Sequence record: MN695334.1
Direction: 5' to 3' (one strand)
DNA: 64,000 nt
How positions within the stretch are numbered: position 1 is the first letter of the stretch; every line of letters begins with the position of its first letter. A program made the position numbers and the translations under genes. Shown piece by piece: positions 9,734-24,000 of this stretch. A model generated the notes under the pieces. That model saw nothing but the letters and a program-made list of their open reading frames with translations, was not told the origin of the DNA and made no database searches.

Positions 9734-11650
9734 ATGTTTTATAATATACAAGACAGAAACAGAGCTACAGGTAGAACAACCGCATTACGATTGAGTGCTA
9801 TATCAGAAGCACTATCAAATCCAGGCAAACAGATTGAATTTGTGGATCATTATCCACATACATTCGCATCTGCAAGAGATCATGCCCAAACATTAAGGAA
9901 TGTGATTGACCGCCTTGGACTTTTAAATATCAGAATATGGGTAAGGGGACATGCGGTCTTTCTTGTGAATGAACATGATCCATGGCCGAGAAGTGATGTA
10001 GAAAAAGCCTGGAAAAAACTTGAAGGTTCATATCCGAATATGGATGACTATTGTGATCATTCCTCATTTTACTATTTTTGTATGGGTTATAGCGGAGGAA
10101 AATCAAATAAATGAACCAAACAGAATCAAAGCTTGATTTGTGGCAAATTCTAGCCCCAATTCTTGATGAGTCTATCGCACAATCTCTGCGCGATATGGAT
10201 GATAATGAAGCCGAACCAGATTCATATGATTCAGAAAGACTTCAAGAAGTATATATGGTGTTTCGTGATTTGGCAGACTGGTTTGCTCCTGAAAAATTAC
10301 CATGGGGTGATTCTGCTATTGACCTAAAACGTTTATATTACGCAGAGATACGTGACAAAATTATCAAAGAAGCTGATTCTATCAGGAGAATCATGCACAG
10401 TGTTAATTCAACTCTGGTTCCAATTCCACTTACTGAAAGATCACCAACGGCTCAAGATTTTGATCCATCTAACACATATTCACAATGTTGGTGGTTTCGA
10501 TCAGTTGGAACTTGGAAAGGTTGGGTGCTTGATCAAAAAGAAATCTTTGATACTCATTGGCTTCCATACGATACTTTCCCGATTCCATCAAAATGAATTG
10601 TGTATCAACTATTTTGGAAATGCCCTGAGTGCGATTATTATATAGATGATATATGTAAGAAAAGAATTAGATACCCTATGCCATGTAGATGTGGTAGAAG
10701 CACCGATACATATGTACCTGAAGTTCTTAAACTAACTGAATGTGAAGATGAATAAATCCATTACTGTCGAGCAACTGTTGGCAAATATACAAGAAGCTGC
10801 CAAATTAATCCCAAAAGAACCACCAGGACCTAAACCAGGTCAAACTGTATTGTACCGAGGTGGCGAAATCTTATACTTTAATCAAGCACAACATGATTTA
10901 TTTTTATTCTAATCTAGGCGCAGTTTCATGTGTAATTTGCGCCGCATTGCTGGCTTATCATAATATGCCTGGATGGGGGTGGTTTTTGTTTAGTGGTGTA
11001 TTAATGACAAGTTATGCCAGTAGTAAAGAAACCACAACTGAAGATGATACAGACACAACTATAGAGGAATAAATGACAGACGCCCCGGATGATCGATTAT
11101 CAATCCAATCTAGATTCGGTAACAAATTTTCCACAAAAGATCTGATTCATCGAGCAAGAATTAAACTTGGATACGATTCACCTTAGAGCAGTTCAAAAAT
11201 TGGTACACGATTTTCCAATTAAATCAAAAAATACCTTATGTTATGGACATGACAACAAACGAAATTATGAAAAATATTGATCTCAGTCGCATTACACCTA
11301 GTGCTGATCTAAGAAAAAAATGGAACACAACTTTAAATACTGTTAAGATTAGTCATGTTAGGGAACATTCGATGGTTAACCTTGCATGTGAATATGGTGT
11401 TGAACAGGGGGCACTTGCGGCTATTGAGGCGGTAATCGAATACCTTGAAAGAGATCCTTACTGCCATACAATGATAGACACTGGTGTACCACAACGTATA
11501 CGCAAACATTTCCTACCGCCACCAACTCCCATCGAAAGGTTAGAGGAATCACTTAGTGCTTTGTCACGATATAGTCCAGACTTGGGCTATAGTGATATTC
11601 TCGGTGAGATTGCTATTGCTATCAACGACCTAAAGGCGGCAACTAAATGA
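9734..11650 (+). other. Cluster of small hypothetical ORFs
   Basis: Includes 9734-10114, 10111-10596 (DUF551-like tail), 10860-11072 (two TM segments), 11243-11650. Confidence 0.55.
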
Positions 11651-12009
11651 AACCATACCTACATGGCAGAATTCATGCCGCAAAATACGGGGGAAACCCC
11701 AATGATTATGCTGATATTGATGATTTTATTGATAGCAGTAAGGCAACATTTCCCGACTTTAGACACAGAGCAATTCTACATTCTGCCTTCGGCTGTTTTA
11801 TTGTAGAACAAATGTTTGGTCGGACCCGAGTAAATTCTGCGGGTCTTACATACTCTCCACGCGATGTTGCCGAAGATCACATTATTCAAGACCTGGGATT
11901 TATTCCTACGGTTGAAAGCTATCTTGAGAACATGACACCCCAATCATGGATGTCAGGAACAGGAAAGCAAAACAATAAAACCACTAAATTTATTTCACTT
12001 GTAGATTAA
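11647..12009 (+). CDS. DUF6915-like conserved phage protein
   Basis: HGRIHAAKYGG...IDDFIDSSK...DFRHRAILHS...VAEDHIIQDLG. Confidence 0.7.
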   Translation: MKPYLHGRIHAAKYGGNPNDYADIDDFIDSSKATFPDFRHRAILHSAFGCFIVEQMFGRTRVNSAGLTYSPRDVAEDHIIQDLGFIPTVESYLENMTPQSWMSGTGKQNNKTTKFISLVD

Positions 12010-12013
12010 ACTA

Positions 12014-12493
12014 ATGACAAATTCTATTGACACTTTTATTGAAGAATTCACTGAAATTCAAGCAGAATTTCAGAAACAGGCTCAAGTCAAACTGAAAGAA
12101 CTTTTTACTGAGTTCTGGGAAAAGAATCCCGGCGTGAAGGCCGCATTTTGGACACAATATGCACCCTATTTCAATGATGGAGATCCCTGTACATTTAGTG
12201 TACACGATACTCTTTTCACCAATGCCGAAGGTGAAGATCTTGATGATATCAATTGTGAAGATTATGAAGGAGAAAAGGAAGATATCTGGGTTGAATATTC
12301 ATTTGATCCCAGGTGGTGTAAAGTAGTACCAGAAGAAGCAGGGGTTGATGTCGAATCCTGCGATCATCTACGTAGACTACTGTGTTCTTCTGTTATGAAA
12401 GATGTCATGAAGGCTATGTTTGGTGAAGACAGTAAAGTTTACGCAACCCGCGAAGGATTTAAAATTGAAGAATATGGTGAGAATCATGATTGA
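12014..12493 (+). CDS. Conserved acidic phage hypothetical protein
   Basis: WTQYAPYFNDGDPCTFSVH motif, recognised from large-phage proteins. Confidence 0.6.
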   Translation: MTNSIDTFIEEFTEIQAEFQKQAQVKLKELFTEFWEKNPGVKAAFWTQYAPYFNDGDPCTFSVHDTLFTNAEGEDLDDINCEDYEGEKEDIWVEYSFDPRWCKVVPEEAGVDVESCDHLRRLLCSSVMKDVMKAMFGEDSKVYATREGFKIEEYGENHD

Positions 12494-12855
12494 GGCTCTT
12501 GAAAATTAAATAAGACAATTCAATAACCAACACATCACTTACAACGGTGTGTTGGTTTTTATCATATAATAATTAGAACTAAAATGATTAGTAGAAAAGA
12601 AGCAAGAGTTCAGAGTCTAAAAAAGCATTCAGTGTATCATTGGATTGTTAGTAAAATTGATGAGGCAATTAAAGAAGGAGAATTTGAGATTGCTATTACA
12701 AATGAACAAGGTCGATTTGATTGTTTTGTAGATTCCGATAACACATTAAGTAATGTTGCCAGTGCTATTTTCAATAAATTCAATGATGAAGGGTATCTCA
12801 TAAACTTTGATAAATGTAATAAATTTCTAAATGTTGGTTGGTGGTGAAATAAATC

Positions 12856-13728
12856 ATGCCTAAAATCAAAAAGCCACTTCTCGCTGAAAAATTTAATCCA
12901 AATAAGGCTAAGTTCCCGTATATCGCAACTCCAAAGATCGATGGTATTCGCTTCTTGATGGTGGATGGGGTCGCATTATCTCGAAAATTCAAACCCATTC
13001 GCAATATTCATATTCAAAATCTTCTTGTAAACCATCTACCCAATGGTATTGATGGTGAGTTGACTTCTGGTGATACTTTTCAATCATCTACTTCCGCAAT
13101 CATGCGAATTGAAGGAACTCCTGATTTCAAAGTGTGGATATTTGATTATGTAAATCCAGATGAAGACGACATTCTTCCATTCTATTTGAGAATGTTGAAC
13201 ATGCCTGCGCTAGATCTACCATTCAATCATCAAGTTCTTTCTGGTAATAATATAAAGTCAATTGAAGAAATTGATGAATATGAAAAGATTTGTTTGAATG
13301 AAGGTTATGAAGGTGTAATGCTCCGTGATCCATTTGGGACTTATAAGTTTGGTCGTTCCACTGTGAATGACAACATCTTACTCAAAGTCAAACGGTTTTT
13401 GGATGATGAAGCACGAGTAGTTGCCGTCATAGAGTTAATGAGTAATCAAAATATCGCGGAAAAAGATAATTTTGGGCGGACTAAAAGATCTTCATGTATC
13501 GAAGGAATGATTCCAATGGGTACCTGTGGATCACTACTTCTAGAAAGAAGTGATGGTGTACAGTTTTATTGTGGCATTGGAATGGATGATAAAATGAGAA
13601 AGGAAATTTGGGAGAACAAGGAATCCTACATCAATCAATTGGCGAAGTATAAATTTTTTCCACATGGAGTTAAAGATCTACCAAGGCATCCCGTACTTCT
13701 GGGATTTCGTCATCCAGATGACACCTGA
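12856..13728 (+). CDS. Minimal ATP-dependent DNA ligase with Chlorella-virus-like latch
   Basis: Motif I TPKIDGIR, DGEL, EGYEGVMLRDP, LLKVKRF, OB domain ending RHPVLLGFR; latch-like NIAEKDNFGRTKRSS. Confidence 0.9.
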   Translation: MPKIKKPLLAEKFNPNKAKFPYIATPKIDGIRFLMVDGVALSRKFKPIRNIHIQNLLVNHLPNGIDGELTSGDTFQSSTSAIMRIEGTPDFKVWIFDYVNPDEDDILPFYLRMLNMPALDLPFNHQVLSGNNIKSIEEIDEYEKICLNEGYEGVMLRDPFGTYKFGRSTVNDNILLKVKRFLDDEARVVAVIELMSNQNIAEKDNFGRTKRSSCIEGMIPMGTCGSLLLERSDGVQFYCGIGMDDKMRKEIWENKESYINQLAKYKFFPHGVKDLPRHPVLLGFRHPDDT

Positions 13729-16700
13729 CACTTAACACACTGGCACAGCGAGTCACCAGAAGCCCCCTCTATGCTTTATATTGTATCTGAGAACAAAAGG
13801 AGATTTATCAAATGAGTTCAGAATGTTACAAGGAACATAGTGTAGTCATTAATTCCTCTTATGGTGGATTCGGTCTTTCTAATGCTGCTATGGATCGTCT
13901 AGTTGAACTTGGATATGAACTGGATCCCAATCCATATTTCAAGCAATCAAGTTGGCGACCAAAATACTTAGGTGATACAGATATTCCTCGTCATCATCCT
14001 TTACTTGTTCAAGTTGTTCGGGAACTAGGAGAAAAGGCGAGTGGTAACTATGCCTGCCTTTCGATTGAAACAGTTCATGGACTTTATCGAATTGAAGATT
14101 ATGATGGCCTTGAACATATTGTTGAAAATGGACAAGATGATTGTATTGCTCCTGCATTTTATTAAATCATGACATTAACTATTACTCACCTCCGAACTGA
14201 TTATAGAAAAACCGAAAATTGGTTTAAAGCCAACATCCATTGTCCATATATTATTATTAATTGTTGCTTCAGAATTGACAGAAGTAAAGAGTCTTTTGCT
14301 TGGGAACAAGCCAAAGCCGATTCTGAGGAATATAAAAAAGTTATCACAATCGATAACCCTGAGCGTTATGATGAATGGTTAATGAGTGAAAGTTTCAATT
14401 TTTCAAGTCAATATGATGGCACGGGCAAGGCTTGGACATATAATGACTGCATCTGGCAATATATTGAGAAATTTGATACCTTTTGGTACCGTGAATGGAT
14501 AGCTGATTCTACTGTAACTCGGGCAATTATTTCAGAGCTAGAGTATTATAAAAACAATGGCAAATTACCATCAGTTTATCGAACAATTGAATCTCAAATT
14601 GTACTAGAACATCTACGTACACTTCATTCATATTGGGATTGAACCGAAGTAGTAAAATGCAACACACTTAAACTTTTATATTATGAAAAGCTTTTTTAAT
14701 TGGTTGGGAATGAAGTATCACAATCATAAGTGGGTGATCGTGAAAGAAATGCCTATTAAGATTGTGGAAACTGGCTGGTATCCATCAACAAAAGAAGGAG
14801 TTAAGATTATTTCACGTTGTGAAATTTGTGGAGCACTCAAACATAAGGACATTTATCCACATGCCACTTAAGGCATTCTATAAAATACAAAGAAACTAAA
14901 ATGAAACCTTTTATATATTATTCTAGTCCAACCACCAAACACCCAGATAAAAAATCATATACAACAATCTACGTTACAGATAAAGGTCAACTAGTTTGGC
15001 AAGGACCGGAAAAATCCTTCAATGGTTCTCTGTATCTCAATAAGTCAATTCAACGAGTATTTGATGAAGCGGAATATATTAAACACAGAAATCAACATGT
15101 AGAGGAGTTGCGTAAATTAGAAACAGAATTTAGACACGATGTTTTCGTTGCTCATGGTGTACAAAATAATCCCAAAAAAAATATATGTTTCAATTTAGCC
15201 TGGGAACGTAGTCGCTCAGAGGGGTGTGAAGCCGTTTATGATACTTTTGGGGATCTAGTCGTATTGATCGAATGAGGGCCTTCTATGAGCATCTGAACAA
15301 AAAAGGTTATCCTAAAATTGGATATGATAACTTAGAAGAAGCGGTAATAGCTGCTAATGAAGAAACAATGAGAATTAAGTCTTTTCGTATGGTTCCTTAT
15401 TCTTGCAGCTATTGTAATAAATTTCACATCGGTAAACCAAACTATAAAGTATAATGACTGAAACTAATTGTTGGGCTACATTTCATGGGAATGGTGGATA
15501 TGATATTCAACAAACACATGCTAAAAATCTATTAAATATTGGACAAAAATATAAAGTAACAGGCGCCAGTGTGGGATCTTGGATTACCTTTCTCAAGTTA
15601 GATGGGGTGGTAGGTTCTTTCAATTCCGTAATGTTCGACGTTGAAGGTGAGTTACCTCATGTGCCCATGCACGGATATTATCCTCATAAAGTTGCGAATG
15701 ATGCGACTCTACCCCGGACAATAGATATCGTTATGGTGGGATCTGGAGTTGGTACAAGTTCATTAACTTAAATTAGAAAAATGAAAGACTTCTTAGGTAA
15801 CAATTTGGAAGTGGGTGACATTGTTGTTATGATGCGCCCTAATTATAGAGAGTTTATGAAAGCCAAAATTGTACGTTTTACAAAATGTTTTGTGATCGTT
15901 ACATATGAAGAAAAATATGGACCTAATCGTGAATTTGTATCACATTATGAAATCAAACAAGATCCTTGTCAGTTAATTAAAATACCCTCTTATCCGAAAG
16001 ATTGATTATGGAAAAAAATGATACTTCTAGGTCAGTATATCTAAAAAACTTCTCTTGTTATCCAGGAGATACTGTTACGGATCCTCTTGTGTTGGCTGAT
16101 TACTTGGGAACTCTAATCACCCGAATTGAACAACTCGAATCTACTGTAAAGAGGCTTCAAAATGAAACAATGACTCTACTATAAATGGATATTCCTTCAT
16201 TAAAAAATGATCTTCTTTGTGAAGCATTGAATCACATCATACCATATGAACCAGAGCCACCTAAGGCCGAATTTGATTGTGAACCAACATTAAAAAACAA
16301 ATATGGTGAATTAAGATACGATTGGACTGCACATATGCGTAGACAATTTAAACAAGATGAGATCAACCTTCAGTGGAAAGAACGTCAACGCATCCGAGAG
16401 GAGTTTATTGAATATAATAAAAATCTTTCGGCTACTCAGGACAATTAAAAAACTGTCCACTATTGAGTCAACTCTCAAATAAAATCCCTTAAAATACTAA
16501 AAGTTACAACCGAATTAAAATGACCAATAAAGTTAAGCGAATTAAAGTTAGTGAAAAACATAACATTCTAAGTGGACGCTATGAAAAAGTTGAAATTGGT
16601 GACTTTATTAGCCAACTACAAAGGCTACAGAATCAAGGCTGGGAATTTGTAGAAACTGACGTGCATGGCGATTATGATGGTGGTGATATTTTTGAAGTCG

Positions 16701-17273
16701 ATGTGACAAGAATGCGCCCCGAAAATGATGTGGAATATAATACGAGAGTAGAACAACAGAAATATTATGAAAATATGCGAAGACAGCAATATGAGGATCT
16801 GAAAAAGGAATTTGGAAATGACTGACCGTATACAAAAAGAACTTGATCGTCTTCGTAGATATGATGAAGAACTCTCAAAGGTTATGCCACATGACTTTAA
16901 GGATTGGTGGCAAAATTCAAAAGAAGAGTATCCAGAAGTTGCAGCCGGAGTAATTACCAGTTTACGAGAACAACTTGATTTAGTATATACAATTATCGAA
17001 AAAATATCAAAATGAATGATGATCTCCTTGAAAAGTTAAGAAAAAATCCACCAGATTTCATGAAATTTGAGTTGGGTCAAACACTAGAAGATGTTGTTCA
17101 TGAGTGGTGGACGAACACTTTCACTGCTCAAAATGATATGAGTGTATCTGGATCTATACATAATCTATGTGAAAGGGTGGAAAATTGGTTGCCCGTATTT
17201 CAGAATGCCTCTGGTACTCAACGACTAGAAACTGAAATTGCAGTTGAGACACACAATCAACTTCTAAAAAAGA

Positions 17274-17612
17274 TTGTTGATAAAATATATGATGAAAATA
17301 TTAGATAAGGTTACCTGGATAAATCCGAATCTTTGTGATCCACCACATAAGGTAACTCATCTAGAAAAATTTCTAGAGCTTTGCGATATGTTCTATACGA
17401 TTGGGTGGGATATTTCTAAACCCCCGCTACTTGGATATCCAATTTATAAAAAAATTCAACTTATTTCGGGATCTCATCGCTGGGCCGCCGCAGTTCGGGC
17501 AAATATAAAAATTCCAGTTATTATCTATTCATATGAACAAATTTATGAAATTTGGGGTAGTGACACCTGGCTTTTAATTTTAGATACCGCAAAAAATATT
17601 AAATATAATTAA
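17274..17612 (+). CDS. ParB/sulfiredoxin-like N-terminal domain protein
   Basis: PPLLGY...QLISGSHRWAAAVRANIKIPV (GxHR motif). Confidence 0.6.
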   Translation: MLIKYMMKILDKVTWINPNLCDPPHKVTHLEKFLELCDMFYTIGWDISKPPLLGYPIYKKIQLISGSHRWAAAVRANIKIPVIIYSYEQIYEIWGSDTWLLILDTAKNIKYN

Positions 17613-18039
17613 AATTAATTATTATGAATAATCATTATAAAGAAGCAAAGGTAATAATGAGAAACTATTCTCCTCTATGGTTCTCCATTACCTTCTTAAT
17701 TAAGAAAATAAAGTTTGAAACTATTGATGAGTATTTGGAGTTTGAATATCAGATGATAAATTCACCTGAATTGATTTGTAAACAAGGTTCTAATAGACGA
17801 ACGGTTTTTGCCCTAAGAGATAGATATCAAAAAGAAACTGCTTGGTATATAAGAGTGTTATCTATACTTATGAATAAAATTATATGAATTACCATTGGTT
17901 AGATCCTTTGGTACAGGATACTGAAAGAATAAGACTAGAAAATGAAAATTTAATATTGGAAATAGAAAAGTTAAAAAGAGTGAGAAATCATGATGTTAAA
18001 CGCATCATAGAAGATATAATCAAAGGAGGTAATTGAAGA

Positions 18040-18195
18040 GTGTTAAATTTTATTTACCGCATCTTTATTGGATGTGAGCATAAATGGGAACTAGATGAAA
18101 GGGTTGAACTTAATTATACAGACGGAACACAGGGACTTAAAGTAATTCTTCGCTGTACTAAATGTGGTGACTACAAATCTAAGAAATTAATCTAA
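18040..18195 (+). CDS. Small Zn-ribbon protein (DUF1660-like), not in ORF track
   Basis: GTG start; CEHKW...RCTKCG; paralogous to 14683-14871 and 20910-21062. Confidence 0.55.
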   Translation: MLNFIYRIFIGCEHKWELDERVELNYTDGTQGLKVILRCTKCGDYKSKKLI

Positions 18196-20909
18196 TGCAA
18201 AAGAAAGATACTTTAAAATATATCACACAGAGCTTTCATAAAAATCATAAAGGAGAAACAGAAGGGGAATGTATACTGAAATCTACGTTAATGTAGATCT
18301 AAAAATAGAAACACCAGAGAATATAATTAATACACTAAAAGCAATGTGTGATATGTTCGACTATGAGAAAACAAATGATACATTAGCCGAGTTTCCACAA
18401 AGATGGCATTGTCTTTTTAGTAATATGAGTTATTATACTCCCAGCACTTACTGTAGATATTTGAACTTTGATAACATTAGTCATCAATGGTCTCTACTAG
18501 GTAAAGGTGATATTAAAAATTATGATAATGAAATTGAACAGTTTTTTACCTGGATTATGCCTTGGGTAGATGGATACCCTGGTGATTTTATTGGTTATTC
18601 TCGTTACGAAGAATCTAAGACACCAAAACTATATTTTATAGTCTAGGTCACTTGGACAACTGGCACAGAGGTCTTACCTGGTCCTGTTATTGGTATATAA
18701 TATTCACATACACAAAGGAGCAGCACCTCATGGCTTTTACCGCTGAAGGAACCATTGAAATTAACACAGAAGATTTCTTTGTTTGGCTTTATAATAATCA
18801 TGCTCCGGTTACGGGAGTATTGTATCAATACGGCGTTCCCCGTGTAAATAAATCCAATGGAACGATTGAGATTGATTTTGCCATGGATAGTGAATGCAAT
18901 CCGGTCGATTGGATTGAAAAGCCTAAAGTATGTAAACAGTGGGAAAATCTAAATGAGCACAGTTCGTAGACCTCTACGCAACCCAACACCATCAGACATA
19001 TCTCAACTTCAACATGAGATTGTTTGGTTGGAAGATAAAATCAGTGTGGTGCGTGAAGAAATGAAAAAACGACCATCCAAAATCAAACAACTGAACGATC
19101 TACAACGACAAGTTGATCATGCTAAAAATGTACTCTTTCATTACAACAAACTTAAATGACTATTAAAATTACTGATTTTTTGAAATTTCTAACTAACGCC
19201 ACAAAATTAGATATTGCTTTGAATGTTCGTGAAGATGAAGATGGTGATTATTTGATTCGTCTTAGTAAACTTTTTTCGGATGATTATAGAGAGAATATCG
19301 TTATTACTAAAGACGGTTTAAGTGATTGGAATAAAGGTGCATCGACCTTCGACTGTGTGGCAGAAGATTTTGAATGTTTTTTGGCCGAAGAAAACGCAAA
19401 TCGTATCAAAGAGGAAAAACGCAAACAATTGATCGAAAGTCTAACACCAGAACAAAGAGAGCTACTTGACCTCTAATAACATCTAAAATAATTATTATAT
19501 GAAACCCTATCTATTAATTGTAAATGATCAGTATTACCCTTCGCATGGTACTGGGGATTGGCACAATACCTATGAAACTGAAGATGAAGCACATTCACAA
19601 GGTGATCTACTGACAAAAGATGATAAATACAAATCATTTACCGTAGTCGATCTACGAAGTTGGCTATAACCTACTCATACACACAAAAGCAATCACAACA
19701 CTAAAATGGCACTAACTAAAAAGCAACTAATTGACGCTCTCACTAATCTTGATGTTTCCGATGAAACTCTAGTTGTACTTGAAAATGGAATCGGTTTTGA
19801 GGACATTTATGATGTCGAAATTCAAAATCTAGTAGAGACAAAGACAATGGAGGAAATGGTAGAAATCCCCGCAATTGTGCTGAAATGACTACTAACTTCA
19901 ATCAAAAGCGATTTGTCGATCTGGGACAAACGCTCTACACTACCTGGTTGGCTACTGCATCTGGTCTCGGTCAAGTAACCGAAGCCGAACGGCGAGAAGC
20001 ATTTAACAAAACAGCAATTTATGCTTTTGAGGCGGCTGAAGAGTTCGCTAAAGTATTTCAGCATCAAGAGGAGGATTGATATGGAAGATAAAGCAAAACA
20101 ATTTCTTTATTCTTATATGGATAAAGAAAAAGATTTGTCTCAACCCAAAATTCTTATTCATATGCTACAAGAACTCATCAATCAATATTCTTCTTCGCTT
20201 CCACCAGATCCTAATATGGATGAGTTTTATTCTAGAATGTATGGTGGTGAAAGTGTAATATATGTTGATGATATTCTTACATTGATAAATGATCTAAACA
20301 ATGTCTGAATTATTTCTTGTTTTAGCTTATCGATATGGTGATCTAAAGAGTTATCATTTTCCAGTTGGTATTTTTATCACATTTTTTGAAGCACAATCCG
20401 CAGCAAAAAGACACCGAAAATATAGAGGGTGTAAATACGATCATCGAATTTATTTAATTCCACCAGGTGAAGAATTTGATGGCGAACAATGCGAACTTGT
20501 TCAAGATTTTTTATATGTTTTGTGAACTTGCACATGAACCCCATTAAAAATATTTGGGAAAAAATTGTAATTAGCCAGTATGTTTCGGCTGGGCTTCATT
20601 GGGGCGATGCTACTTCATATGGCTTTTTAGGGGAAACTGTAAATTATAACTCACTTACAAAGAGACTCCAATATTGGGAAGCCAGATATGTGAATCTTGG
20701 TTATATTCCACTTAGACCTCAGCGATGGGTAGAATCCGGTGGTTATGGTTTAGAATATGAATCACAATTAAAAAAACGAAAAGAAAAATAAAATGGAAAT
20801 TTTACCACTTATTGTTGTCTCAATGGTTCTCGCGTTAATTATTGTAATTTTAAAAAATTCCTAATCATGTATTATATTTAACTCTAATACTGAAAATACC
20901 TAAATCGAT

Positions 20910-21062
20910 ATGAAAAAATTATGGAAACAACTATTATGTCATCATAAATGGCATCATTATAGAAACATTTATGGTGATGAAATTAATTTTCTGAACGCCA
21001 GATCTGAGTGGTTTTGTCCAAACTGTGGTAAGATTGCTTACGGGAAGAGCTTACATAAATGA
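20910..21062 (+). CDS. Small Zn-ribbon protein (DUF1660-like), not in ORF track
   Basis: LCHHKW...FCPNCG. Confidence 0.55.
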   Translation: MKKLWKQLLCHHKWHHYRNIYGDEINFLNARSEWFCPNCGKIAYGKSLHK

Positions 21063-24000
21063 GACAACCATTCATCACAATGTCGTCTGACGGCGGTAGT
21101 ATTGGTAGGATTGGTTGGCATAACTTCAATCTCTACAACAATGGGTTTGGTTATGTTTGGTGGGACCGTTCCTGGCCATGGATATTTGAAATTGAAAGTA
21201 TCATCGTTAACGCCAAACCCAGAGAAATTAAAGCAGAATATACTTTAGATCTAGAAGCTCACGCTTACCATATAAAAAATCACTGAGGAATTAAAAAATG
21301 ACAAAAGACGAATTTTATGAAAAGTACGGTCAAGTGAAAGTAAAGTTTTCTTCTTATTATAAGTACACTTTTACATTTGAAGGTACCCTTGATGCTGGTG
21401 GAAGAATTGTTGTTGAATCGGGTGGATGTTCTGACGACATTTATAAATTTGAAGTAGTCAGTGATTCAGAAGAAACTGTCGCTAGTGTATTCCCATATGC
21501 TGGAACAATCTACGGTAAAGATAATAAGGAAATTGAAAGCTTTTATGATTACTGAATAAAATGATTTAAAAATAAGGAGAAAAATAATGGGTTGTGATAT
21601 TCACATTAATAAAGAAAAACTGGTCGATGGTCAATGGGTTACCGCTGACGTATGGACACATCATCGAGAAGAATATGGTGATGGTGAAGTTGAAGAATAT
21701 TGGACGAACGATAACAGTGAAATTCGGCGGCGTAATTATTGCGCATTTAGTGTTCTTGCTGGAGTAAGAAGTTCTCCTGTTGCTTCATATAAACTAGAAC
21801 CAAAAGGTATTCCTTCTAACATGTCTGAAGAAACAGAAAGAGTATATAAAGTATGGTATGTTGATGCACATAGTGCAAGTTATCTTAACCTCACTGAGTT
21901 GAAAGAACTTCAAAAAATTGTAGAAACTGAAAAAACTCCAGTGAGTGGTTTTATTGAGTCAAATCGTTATGAACGACTTAAGGCAGCAGTAGAAGCAAAT
22001 GAAGATGATTGTTGGGAACATCTTTGGCCATTTGGTGGTTGGTCAGATAAAGTAGCCAAGTGGCATGAGCACTTAAACAATCTTAATTTTATTAAATACG
22101 AAATACAATTACAAGAATATGATGAATATTTTGAATAAAGACACCTATATCCAATTTCAATGGGAAGCTTCTCTGGAGGGAGATCCTGGGGGCGTTGCAA
22201 CCTTTACTTCTCCACATGAAGCAGTGACCGTTAATATGGATGATTTCAAGCAAGCTACGAAATTACACACAATGATTCAAAATGCGGTTTGTCAAAGTAG
22301 AATGGACGCACTTGATGGTGCTGTAAATGAGATTCATACTTTATTCAAAAAGATTAAATATGAGAGATTATTTCATGATTGAATCTCTCATTGAAATATC
22401 ATCGAATTATAGTAGAATTGGCTGAATTGCCTACAGAATCAAAAAAGCTCTGAAGAACACACAATCGTATGAAAATAAAACTAACTAAGATGATATTTGA
22501 CTACTGGAAAGTTCATATGTGCTGCCCAGTTGAGTCTATAGTGTGGAATCAAAGTTGCGAGAGCGATTGGTCACAAAAAAACAATATTTACCAGGCAGAA
22601 GGTCTCTTTTGGTATGATGGATATAATGCTAATTTTTGGTATATGTTGAATTTGAGTTGGTATGAAATGAATAACAAGCTTTTTGCTAATACATTTAGCA
22701 CACAATCATACGATCCTTATTTGCGTGACTTTGATGAAGATTACTTAGAAGAAAATGGTTATATTTAATGTAAGGACACTCGAAAAACTGGCACACCTAA
22801 CTCAAGAGTTGCTGTGCGTTGTTGTATAATATAGGTAAATCACAAAGGATTCGAAATGAAAATTACTGCTCATACAAAATATGGTGTATTTGAAGGCGTG
22901 TCGGCACCATATAATGAAGATGATTGGGAAAAACTCACGAACCTAATTAAAGAATCAAAAAACCTTTCTTATTTTTGTATGGTAACAAATACTGGTGAAA
23001 TTTACTTTACACCAGAAATGATTGAAGATACTCTTTTTGTTCTAGAAAAATGAATAATTATCGTATCAAAAAAATTACTCGGGGTAATGGTTGTGAATAT
23101 TATTATCCACAAAAAAGATTTATTTGTTTTTGGTTAAATTTAAAAGTTGACCCGCTTATGAACCAATCATGGGCCAATGATGTTATTATTGATGATTACA
23201 ATAAATCATTAAAAGATATAGTAGAATTTATAGAACCTAATATTCATATACAGGAGAACATATAATGCTAACAGGAAACGATCTACTTGAAAAAGTAAAG
23301 GAACTAAGAGAGCCTACAGATAAAATCTCCACGATTGAATTATTGAATTTTATATATAAACTTCATGATTTAAACGCAATTTATAGTGTGTCTCAAGATG
23401 CCACTGGTTATTGGTACACTGTATATTATGATTGGTATATTCCCAATGACTTTGTGAATATTAAGCTTCGTATTTGTAAAGATGGTACATGTGAAGAGTT
23501 TATATGTTTCAATGATTTATTAGATATAAAACTAAAAGAAAGACAGGAAAGTGATATTAGAGAGTCAAAGCGCCGAAAACTAATGGCAAGTCTTTCTAAA
23601 GAAGAAAAAGAATTATTGGGATTAAAATGAATACTACAACAGATCGTATTATAGTCAAAGAAACTTCCCAAATTTATTTGGAATTTTTAGAAAAGCCCAT
23701 CGATGAAATAATCACACAATTTCAAAAATATAAAGACGAGAGGTGGGAATCGATTGATATTGATTATGATTACGACAACACATATTATCATCTTTACAAA
23801 CATAGATTAGAAAACGATAAAGAATATGAAAACCGCATGAAGCTAATCGCAAAAGAAGAAGCCGCAGCAGAAAAAAGAAAAGTAAAGCGATATGAAGAAT
23901 ATCTAAGGCTAAAACAAGAGTTTGAGGTGGAATAATGCAAGTCAAAATGGATAAAGTGTATACTATCGAACTAACTGAGAATGAAGTAAAAGATCTTCTT

